From positions 64,001 to 128,000 of IMG/VR virus record IMGVR_UViG_3300043432_000485: a stretch of DNA of 64,000 nucleotides. One strand, given 5' to 3'. The notes below the pieces were generated by a model. That model was not told the DNA's origin and ran no database searches. It saw only the letters and a list, made by a program, of their open reading frames with translations. The first letter of the stretch is position 1. The number at the start of each line of letters is the position of its first letter. Positions 46,142 through 54,088 of this stretch are shown here, in pieces. The stretch comes from a virus (taxonomy: Duplodnaviria > Caudoviricetes). The position numbers and the translations under genes are program-made.

Positions 46142-47043
46142 GGTGTTGTCCTCTGATCTGGTTCATGGGTGTCAACTTGATGGTTCATAGGGAGTTTCTT
46201 GAAACGCGGCATACCCAAGCGTTTCCTATACAGGTGCACACTGGCCTTGGATACACCGAATAAATCTGCCACATCAGTGTCTAGCATCGTTCCGACTGAG
46301 CTGTGCCATGGCCGTAGCGCAGGAACTTGAAGGCGCGGTTTAAATGCAGAGATCTGGGACTGAGGGCTCCCAACCACTCGGAGTTTCCATACCCTGTTTA
46401 CCGTAGAGGGGTCCGTTCTAGGAGTGGGGGTTCTCTTTTGGGTCCGTTCTCGATGACAATTAGCGCACACTACTTCACACTTAGCCGCTTCATCTAAAAT
46501 CTTCTGTCTGCTTCTCATGTGGGGGACAGGTCCTACGCGAATCCCGCGTACATGATCAAAATCCATCTGGCAGAAATGAAACGATTTGCCACAGTCAAGG
46601 CACGGATGGGACTTGAGTTGAATGACCAATCTCCGACGACTATCTTCCCACTTGGTACCAGGAACCCACGTCCTTAAGCGATGACAACAAACACAAACCA
46701 CGTCACATTTGGCAACCTCTTCTAGGATTGTCCTCCACGGAGAATTGCTCTTATTGATCAACTGAGAAACCTCATGGAGCTTGTTGGCGGGGTTCCGGTG
46801 ATCAAAATCCATCACATGCGGAGGGAAAGAAAGTGCGCAGTCCGCACAAGGGACTGACTTCAGAACATCGATGGCTGCATGGCGTTCTAGCTTCTTACGT
46901 CTTTGGGCCTCAGAGTTTTTAGTGTAGCGGGTATCTTTCCTGGCATGTTGTTGCAGGGATTCACATATTCGGCAGATCCGCCTATGCTTACGGAAGTTGA
47001 TCCCCTCTACTCCGCACTCACGGCATTGTCGATTTTCCGCCAT
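46138..47043 (-). CDS. HNH homing endonuclease with tandem HNH modules
   Basis: Two copies of K..PC.DC...F....MDFDH...KC.VVC..CHR.RT. Start MAENRQC at 47043. Confidence 0.85.
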   Translation of the reverse strand: MAENRQCRECGVEGINFRKHRRICRICESLQQHARKDTRYTKNSEAQRRKKLERHAAIDVLKSVPCADCALSFPPHVMDFDHRNPANKLHEVSQLINKSNSPWRTILEEVAKCDVVCVCCHRLRTWVPGTKWEDSRRRLVIQLKSHPCLDCGKSFHFCQMDFDHVRGIRVGPVPHMRSRQKILDEAAKCEVVCANCHRERTQKRTPTPRTDPSTVNRVWKLRVVGSPQSQISAFKPRLQVPALRPWHSSVGTMLDTDVADLFGVSKASVHLYRKRLGMPRFKKLPMNHQVDTHEPDQRTTP

Positions 47044-47054
47044 CCTTCTCAACC

Positions 47055-47060
47055 TACACC
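47055..47060 (-). promoter_or_regulatory. GGTGTA element directly after a terminator
   Basis: 11 nt before the ATG at 47043 and 11 nt downstream of the terminator U-tract. Confidence 0.6.
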
Positions 47061-47071
47061 ACACGTCAATC

Positions 47072-47105
47072 AAAGAAAAAGGGCCAGCCGGATACCGACT
47101 AGCCC
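47072..47105 (-). terminator. intrinsic terminator after the glycoside hydrolase gene
   Basis: GGGCTAGTCGG-TAT-CCGGCTGGCCC (11 bp, 2 G-U pairs) followed by TTTTTCTTT. Confidence 0.8.
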
Positions 47106-47130
47106 CTCCTCATGCCTAAAGCCTAAGGAC

Positions 47131-49080
47131 TCAGTGCGGATGCGCCGCTACCCAGTCAGATATAGCACGGGCTTTATGAGCGGACGTGATAGCTTGCCCC
47201 GTGGAGCTGTAGCTACCCCAAGCGCTGCCACTCGTCCACGTTCCATACAGGGTGTAGATGTTGCAAGGACCGTTCAGCTTGGCTGACAGCTGGTCCAGCA
47301 TGTACTTGTACGCGTCGTAGCTCTGAGGATTGTTCGAGAACTTGTCCGCGTTCGTGTAGTACCCACCACCCAGCTCATAGCAACCCGTCATGGGGATGCC
47401 ATAGGTCTTTGCATCGCGGGTGATGTTGGCTACGGGCTCCCCTGATACCATCCGATCCACGTCAGCCTTGAAATCGGCGAGCATTGTGGAGGATGCCCCG
47501 TCTTTGCCGCCGCCCGGATACGGGGCCGAGGCCAAGAGGTCAATCTTCTGGCTCGTTGGATTCCAGGTGCTCGACTTGTACACGCTAGCCAAAGCCTGAG
47601 TGCTGAGGTCAAGATTTCCGGAAGTAGAGAACACCCGGATCACTTTGGTGCCCATTGCAGGCTGCCCGAAGATGTTCTGGAAGATCTGGTACATCTGAAG
47701 CGCACGGTACATCTCCCAGGCAATGCCCTGGTAATACTGGTTGCCGCCCGGTAGACCCTTTGCGGCGCCTTGCGAGTTGGCGTACCCGAACTGGCTGAAC
47801 TGGCCGTTCCAAACCTCATTGGACAGCTCGATGTAGACCTTGTGATTGCTGGAGATCCGCTGATTGATGAGCGTCGCCATTTGCAGGATGTAATCGTCGG
47901 TTGCCTGCACAGGAATGTTAAACCAGCAGTCCACGTTTCCGCGGTTGCAAAGGTCAATCTGCCACTCGATCGCCACCCCAGGGGTCTTGGGCGGGGTGTT
48001 CGGATCCATGTAGGCCGCCGAGGCATTGCCCGGATCGGTCGGCAAGCGCCGCTCGCTCCAGTTCTGAATGCCGCTCCAGTTGGTGTTGTTCAGGTCCATC
48101 ATACGGAACACCGAGTAGTTCTTGAGATCGGACAAGAACTGGGGATTCCAGATGTTAACGCCCGTGGAATAAGCGGTTGCCCAGTTGATTCCACTGACCA
48201 TCAGATTGTTTCCCGTCCAGCTCCCCTGGAACCAGCTCTGAGTGCCTACTGAGAAGCCCGTGGAAGGAGCGACTCCGCCGCCAGAGCCTCCCGAGCCACC
48301 AGCCCCACCGGCGCCCGCTCCGCTAGAGCCTCCGATACCACCAGCTCCCCCAGAACCTCCGACTGGAGGAACAACAGCCGTAACGTTGAAGAACACGCTA
48401 GCGCCGTCATGCCATGCGCCAACCGAGTCCTGATAGGTCGGATAAGCTTCCCATTTACCAACGACGTCAGCCGTTGTGAAGGTCCGCGTCCCCGTGAGGG
48501 GTGCGGATCCATTTGCTGCAATGGTCGTCGCACCCAGAGTCGGCAGCATATCATCGAAAGGCCCACCAGAGTGCGTGGCGCCCGGTGCCCGAATGGCAAT
48601 CACGACCTGCTGCACGCTGATCGGAGCACTCGACGTGTTTCCGTAGGTGACCTTCCCGGTCAACGTTTGGCCTTGAGCCAATGTCGCCTTGTCGAGCGAC
48701 AACGCGGACGAAACCACGATCCCGCCCTGACCCGATGAGCCACCTTGCCCGGCCGAGCCCGCAGCACCTGCAGAGCCCCCAACCCCGCCGGCACCAGCCA
48801 CTGAGCCGCCTGCTCCTGCAGATCCAGCGACACCACCGGATCCACCTTTACCAGCTGAGCCCGCGACTCCAGCCGAACCGGCGCTTCCGCCCTGCCCAGC
48901 TGAACCAGCGACGCCACCGGATCCACCTGCACCGCCCGCGCCACCTGAACCACCTACCACGTAGGGGCAGATCATGACGGGATAGCAGGCATTCTGTTGT
49001 GCACTAACGACACCCTTGTAACCAAGGAATGCGGCTAGCGCGATCCCAAGAGCTAGAATCACGTTTCTTGTTTTGTTCAT
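47131..49080 (-). CDS. exported clan GH-A-like glycoside hydrolase with Gly/Ala/Ser linkers
   Basis: Signal-peptide-like N-terminus; GGSGGAGG linkers around an Ig-like module; TIM-barrel-type motifs FRMMD, WFNIP, ELSNEVWN and CYELGG. Confidence 0.7.
   Translation of the reverse strand: MNKTRNVILALGIALAAFLGYKGVVSAQQNACYPVMICPYVVGGSGGAGGAGGSGGVAGSAGQGGSAGSAGVAGSAGKGGSGGVAGSAGAGGSVAGAGGVGGSAGAAGSAGQGGSSGQGGIVVSSALSLDKATLAQGQTLTGKVTYGNTSSAPISVQQVVIAIRAPGATHSGGPFDDMLPTLGATTIAANGSAPLTGTRTFTTADVVGKWEAYPTYQDSVGAWHDGASVFFNVTAVVPPVGGSGGAGGIGGSSGAGAGGAGGSGGSGGGVAPSTGFSVGTQSWFQGSWTGNNLMVSGINWATAYSTGVNIWNPQFLSDLKNYSVFRMMDLNNTNWSGIQNWSERRLPTDPGNASAAYMDPNTPPKTPGVAIEWQIDLCNRGNVDCWFNIPVQATDDYILQMATLINQRISSNHKVYIELSNEVWNGQFSQFGYANSQGAAKGLPGGNQYYQGIAWEMYRALQMYQIFQNIFGQPAMGTKVIRVFSTSGNLDLSTQALASVYKSSTWNPTSQKIDLLASAPYPGGGKDGASSTMLADFKADVDRMVSGEPVANITRDAKTYGIPMTGCYELGGGYYTNADKFSNNPQSYDAYKYMLDQLSAKLNGPCNIYTLYGTWTSGSAWGSYSSTGQAITSAHKARAISDWVAAHPH
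48720..48960 (-). repeat. Gly-rich low-complexity linker (approximate bounds)
   Basis: GGSGGAGGAGGSGGVAGSAGQGG...; a second, shorter copy at about 48270-48370. Confidence 0.8.
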
Positions 49081-49110
49081 GGAGTCCTACCGAAGAGGTT
49101 TAGAAGAGGT

Positions 49111-49563
49111 TTAGGCGTTCACTCTAAGCGGAACCCGCACCCTTCGAGGGGTGGTTGGGCTGCCCTTTTGGGGCTTGATATGATTCCTGAGTTTCATGCA
49201 GTTCCCTGCAGTTAGCTCCGGGTTGAGCCCTCTGTCGATCTCCAACATCTCAAACTTTTTGGCCGTGAGACCAGTCATCAGGACGTCGTGTGACTTTTCC
49301 GGGGCGCCACTGCCACAAGTGTAAAAATCCACTGCCGCATAACCAATCTCGGGCCACGTGTGAATCGACAGATGGGATTCCTCCAGCACTACTACCCCTG
49401 TCACGCCTTGGGGTACAAAAGGGTGAAAGACCGATGCCACGATGGTCATTTGGGCGGCGCGGGCCGCTTGCTCCATCAGGGTTCGAATCTGGTCAACATC
49501 GTTAAGTGCGTCGAAATTGCATCCGGCGTACTCGACCAGTAGGTGTCTACCATTCGTGTTCAA
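49111..49563 (-). CDS. speH: S-adenosylmethionine decarboxylase proenzyme (SpeH-like)
   Basis: GRHLLVE..GC, HPF.PQGVTGVVVLEESHLSIHTWPE and DFYTCG. Probable TTG start at 49563 after GGAGG. Confidence 0.9.
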   Translation of the reverse strand: MNTNGRHLLVEYAGCNFDALNDVDQIRTLMEQAARAAQMTIVASVFHPFVPQGVTGVVVLEESHLSIHTWPEIGYAAVDFYTCGSGAPEKSHDVLMTGLTAKKFEMLEIDRGLNPELTAGNCMKLRNHIKPQKGSPTTPRRVRVPLRVNA

Positions 49564-49632
49564 CTCACGGGCCTCCAAGTTACAGGGTGAAACGTACAAA
49601 GAGATCAAGGTGCCCGATGAGACGGGGTCCGC

Positions 49633-50253
49633 TTAGTACACCAGAGACCACCCGCCAAAGTACACCCGAGAGGTGTTTGTGTTGGTGAAGCGAAGTTTCG
49701 CTGTAGCCCCTTGGTCGGCCACCGGAATGTGAAGAACGGCCCCACTAGTCGTAGGGTTGTAAGTGGCACCGCTATTGAAGGATACCTCGCACAGAATGTC
49801 ACTGTCAGAGGGGGTCTCCACGTACGTCCTGGAGAACCTCCCATCACTCGGGTCTGAATCTGAGAAGGAGAAGGTCTCCCATAGCACCACGCATTGCGTA
49901 GGACTGAGCCCTAGTGCAAACGATTGAGTGTTGAGCACACCTGACCCAAAGAGGCAAGCAGGCGCGAAGCCACCTCCCGTTGACACGTTAGAGCTGGTTT
50001 CTGTGTCAATCTCAGAGCTATTCAAGCACGCGTCAGCCACTACATTCGTAAAACCTACATACAAGGCTTGAATACCTATCGTCTTGGCAGCCAACAAAGC
50101 AGGCAAGTCCTCGGGGCCTCCGTGAATGGCGCACCCATCCGGAATTCTTACAACCAAGGAACCAGTAGAGGGGGACTCCCCTGAAGGGGCTGGCCTCACA
50201 TCGATGATGGTGCCCGGGGGAGAGAAAGGATCTACTAGATAGTGTGTTGACAT
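49633..50253 (-). CDS. putative virion structural protein
   Basis: 206 aa beta-rich protein directly downstream of the tailspike-like gene. Confidence 0.6.
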   Translation of the reverse strand: MSTHYLVDPFSPPGTIIDVRPAPSGESPSTGSLVVRIPDGCAIHGGPEDLPALLAAKTIGIQALYVGFTNVVADACLNSSEIDTETSSNVSTGGGFAPACLFGSGVLNTQSFALGLSPTQCVVLWETFSFSDSDPSDGRFSRTYVETPSDSDILCEVSFNSGATYNPTTSGAVLHIPVADQGATAKLRFTNTNTSRVYFGGWSLVY

Positions 50254-50265
50254 CTACATTTACCC

Positions 50266-53200
50266 TTAGGTCACGATGTTATAGCTAGCCACTGGAGTCG
50301 GGATATCGCCTCCGGCATTCAAGATCGTCCCGGTGCCGGCTCCCGTGTCCTTGTTCTCCACGTGATTACTAAGTATTCTACGGGTTCCTCCGACAGCTGC
50401 GTTGATGGAGATCCGGTTGGCCGTGTTACGCCCAACCAAGGTGTTATTCACGATGCTGCCATAGGTGTTTAGGAAGGTGGCAACCATGGATCCTCCAGCG
50501 GTACCGAACCCCGTGGCAACTGTGTCGGCGTCGTTGATCATGATGTTGTTCACGAAGTCCGTGAAAGCTGCTCCTCCAGTGCAGGTGAAGAAACTTGTAG
50601 AGTTGGTATCCGTGTACCAATTCACCCTGAGGATGTTGCCCTCAATTAGGGTGTTGCTACCCTGGACTGCAAAGGAAATCCCGCCTCCGGCATTGGGGGC
50701 AGAACCGCTTGTGGGCACTGCCACATTGTAAAACTCATTGAAGAGGATTTTACAGGCGTTGCCGAAGCAGCGCAGGGCCTCCGGAGGTGTTGCACCAGAA
50801 CTCGCGGCGTGGGAAGCGACGGTTACCCGATTACGCTCCACAGTGCAAGGAGTACTTGTGGACGACATTACGATCGCCTCTAGTGCCCAGCTAGAACCAG
50901 CCTGGGCTGTGATCTTGGACCCTTTGAGGGTGCCCCCGTCCATGTTGAACACGTACCCGCATTCGGAGGCACCGACTCGAAGGTTGCGAATGTTGGCAGC
51001 GTCTACCACGGAATCCACAGACTTCACATAAGCGGTACCCCCTGTTGACGTGGGAAGGCTGTGATTAGGGAACATGTCCAGGGCGGTCAACCTGGAATCC
51101 TGTACTGTCACAAGGTCAGTGGAGAAGCTCGAACCGGCACTGGTCTGAACTGAGTCTATGATCAGTCCGTTGATGTTGGCTCCCTGAGCCTTTACGATGT
51201 GTCGATTACCTGCTCCGGTACGGCTGATGTTTATGATCGAGAGATTGTTGACTATGGACTGGGCAGCGCTGTTGACCGAAGCCAGGGGTCCTTGAATCTC
51301 AACCACACCGACATTGGTTGTGCCATTGGTGCTGAATGTGGTGCAGTTGAATCCCCCGCTTGTCCATGCGATGGACTGCAGGTCGATCTGGATATTGTTG
51401 AAGTAGCTATGCTTCTGCCCAACTTGTTCATTTAGGGTGTCGATCGCCAGAGTGGGTCCGACGTGCCAAGCAGTGATACCAGAGCTTGGCTTAGGCTTGA
51501 TTACCAACCCATCCACGATAATGGTGCCGTGGTTGGAAGACGCCCCGCTCCCGAAGCCTCCGAAGAACACGAGCGGCGTACCATTGGATCCTGAGGTGTT
51601 GATGTTACCTGAACCCACCAGCATCTTACAGTTTTTGATCGTGGCTGGCTTGGGGAAAGAGGTAGAGAAGTCTGAGCCACCGATGGTATAGAATAGTTGC
51701 TGACCAGACCCAGTTGAGGGTCCGATGAACGTGCAGTCCTCGAATGAGGCTTCCGAGGTAGTGGCCGTCGGGCCAGCCCCTGATTGCTCAAACACACAGT
51801 CACGAAATTGCGTGTTAAGAGTACCGGAGGATTCGTTCAAGGCTGCCAAAGTGGAGACGGTGTTCTGGAAATAGCAGTGCTCCACCAGCACATTCATGGT
51901 TTGCTGGATGTTGACACCATAGTAAGTGGTTGCTGTGCAAACTAGACTGCAGTCTCGCATTGTCAGAAGCGACTGCGGAGCCAGAGCAGTTGACAAGCCA
52001 TTGAAGATCAGAATAGTGGCGGCGCCGGCCCCCGTCCAGGTTACGGTAGAGTCCGTGGTGCACTGCTCCATCACGACCTTGGACATAAATTGCCCGTTGA
52101 TCTCGAACAGGTTGACGATACCTACGATATAGGCGCCGTTAGCTGTCGCAAAGATAGAGTTGCGGACGTTGATGTTCCTGATGGTGATGCCAGTGCTGAG
52201 CGCCGAGACTGCCCGGAACACGGCGCTGCCCACGTTTGTGGTTGCCCCCAAATCATTCAGGTAAATGTTCTCGAAGGTGCAGTCATTGCACCCGTTCACT
52301 TGCATCAAATCCGTGATGGTCCCGAAGTTGGGGGATGTGGTCACCTCAATATCCCGAACTGTACAGTTAGTTGCGGAAGCCATCTTGACAATTTGAAATG
52401 TGCCGCCAGCTGTTAGAGACAATCCGGTCGCGTACACCTGCTCAACTACACATGATTGACCTCCAATGTCGACCATGGGGCGGTTCAGATTCGTAAGAGA
52501 GTCTAGGGTTGCATTGCGAATCGTGTTACTGATCCCGTTCACCGAAAGTAAGCCCGTATTGAACGACGTGCCAGAGACGTGTACGGTGTCCACCGTAGAA
52601 CCAATGCCTGAGACCCGCACGAAAGCGTGCGTCACATGGGCTTGTGCACCAGCTGTGATGTACACACCAGACACAAAGCACCCGTCTCCGAAGACGCTCA
52701 TTAGGTCCTGGGATGTGGACTTGCTGCTATTAAAGTCCACCTGTTTGACCGTGTTTTTGTTCCCACCCACGTTCAACTGAGACTGAGACACGGACGAAAG
52801 GGAACTGAACTGCACCCCATCAACTAGGTAGTTATTCCCGAACACTGCAAACGTGGGGTTGCCCGGGACTTTGAGCCCGGACAGGAACTCTATATCCCGC
52901 ACCGAGCCATTAGACCCTTCACAGCCCATCTGGCTGCAGCGAACGCCAACATAGGTGTTGTTGGTGCCGATGTCTCTGATGTAGAGAGCCCCCAACGCTG
53001 TCGGAGCGAAATCAGTGCGCAGGAAAGTGCATCCGGACGTGGTGACCTGAACCTCTCCACTGACGTCAATCGCCAGCTTATCGAAGAAGTGAGCACCGTC
53101 GGCCCCACCAAGGTCTTGGATCACGATGTTACCACCAGCTGTGGTTCTGACTGAGCATGTGCTGTAGCGATTACGCAAACCCCCAATAGTCAAGTCTCCT

Positions 53201-54087
53201 GCAGAACTCAGGGAGCAGCCCGAAAAGGTGTTGTCTTGACCAGTCACTGAGCTGGCGGCGCCTCCGGAAAAGGATGCACGCTCGAAGTTGTTCCCATCCC
53301 CGAAGATCGAAAAGGCGTTGTCCACTGGGAACGCAGAGTCCGAGATGAAGTTCCCGTTACCTACCCCTAGAGTGGAAATGGATGACGCAAAACTGACACC
53401 CTTGAGTAAATTGCCATCATTGAGTAGCAAGGCACTGGAACTAGCGTCTAGGATCACATCATCTAGTGTGTTCCCATTACCGGTGAACGTCAGGCCAGCC
53501 GTGAAGGTCAACTGCACATGCTCCAGATGAGCTTGATTGCTGACAAAATCTACAGCCGTGCCAGTAAAGGTCACATTCGTGACGTCGGTGTGGTCTCCAA
53601 AACGGACAGCCCCTGAAGAGTTGATGATGACCGTGTTCTGATCAACACCAATGATCGTCACATGGTCCAAAGCCGAAGCGCTGAAGTTGGACCATGTGTA
53701 AGTTCCGGACCGCAGGAACAAGATCGGACGATGAGTACCGATAGCGGTAACAGCGTTAGTGAAAGCCGAGGCACCGACGAAATCACCCTTGTTGGCTGGA
53801 TTGGAATCCAGCACCCAAATGGGCCGAGCATTGAGCCCTTCGTATGCTCGGATCAAAGCTGCTTGCACATTGGAAGCAGCAGGATTGCTCCACGTCTCTC
53901 CGGTTAGCACCGTGGTAGAGATCGCGGTAGCGGCATGCGCCCCTGTCGGGTTAGTAATGTGTGCCTGTAGAGCCGTCAGAGGGCCTTGGCCCGGGTTGAA
54001 ATCCAGAGCATTGGCAGACACAGTTCCATCAGGCAAATGCCCTGGACCTGGCTGTACTGTAGTGACGGGTTCCTTGTTTGATGGCAT
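50266..54087 (-). CDS. tail fibre / tailspike with long parallel beta-helix
   Basis: N-terminal H...AHAATAI...NVQAAL fibre motif; about 1100 aa of N/S/G-rich beta-helix-like repeats. Confidence 0.75.
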   Translation of the reverse strand: MPSNKEPVTTVQPGPGHLPDGTVSANALDFNPGQGPLTALQAHITNPTGAHAATAISTTVLTGETWSNPAASNVQAALIRAYEGLNARPIWVLDSNPANKGDFVGASAFTNAVTAIGTHRPILFLRSGTYTWSNFSASALDHVTIIGVDQNTVIINSSGAVRFGDHTDVTNVTFTGTAVDFVSNQAHLEHVQLTFTAGLTFTGNGNTLDDVILDASSSALLLNDGNLLKGVSFASSISTLGVGNGNFISDSAFPVDNAFSIFGDGNNFERASFSGGAASSVTGQDNTFSGCSLSSAGDLTIGGLRNRYSTCSVRTTAGGNIVIQDLGGADGAHFFDKLAIDVSGEVQVTTSGCTFLRTDFAPTALGALYIRDIGTNNTYVGVRCSQMGCEGSNGSVRDIEFLSGLKVPGNPTFAVFGNNYLVDGVQFSSLSSVSQSQLNVGGNKNTVKQVDFNSSKSTSQDLMSVFGDGCFVSGVYITAGAQAHVTHAFVRVSGIGSTVDTVHVSGTSFNTGLLSVNGISNTIRNATLDSLTNLNRPMVDIGGQSCVVEQVYATGLSLTAGGTFQIVKMASATNCTVRDIEVTTSPNFGTITDLMQVNGCNDCTFENIYLNDLGATTNVGSAVFRAVSALSTGITIRNINVRNSIFATANGAYIVGIVNLFEINGQFMSKVVMEQCTTDSTVTWTGAGAATILIFNGLSTALAPQSLLTMRDCSLVCTATTYYGVNIQQTMNVLVEHCYFQNTVSTLAALNESSGTLNTQFRDCVFEQSGAGPTATTSEASFEDCTFIGPSTGSGQQLFYTIGGSDFSTSFPKPATIKNCKMLVGSGNINTSGSNGTPLVFFGGFGSGASSNHGTIIVDGLVIKPKPSSGITAWHVGPTLAIDTLNEQVGQKHSYFNNIQIDLQSIAWTSGGFNCTTFSTNGTTNVGVVEIQGPLASVNSAAQSIVNNLSIINISRTGAGNRHIVKAQGANINGLIIDSVQTSAGSSFSTDLVTVQDSRLTALDMFPNHSLPTSTGGTAYVKSVDSVVDAANIRNLRVGASECGYVFNMDGGTLKGSKITAQAGSSWALEAIVMSSTSTPCTVERNRVTVASHAASSGATPPEALRCFGNACKILFNEFYNVAVPTSGSAPNAGGGISFAVQGSNTLIEGNILRVNWYTDTNSTSFFTCTGGAAFTDFVNNIMINDADTVATGFGTAGGSMVATFLNTYGSIVNNTLVGRNTANRISINAAVGGTRRILSNHVENKDTGAGTGTILNAGGDIPTPVASYNIVT

Positions 54088-54088
54088 G

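Noticed and set aside
8767-47043. Group I introns or inteins around the endonucleases
   Set aside because: Flanking genes have intact termini and motifs. No intein C-terminal HN-C/S/T motifs were noticed in PolA, DnaB or SNF2.
49092-49113. 11-bp tandem repeat GAAGAGGTTTA x2 upstream of the GH gene
   Set aside because: Only two copies and no recurrence noticed elsewhere; it may be chance or a local duplication.
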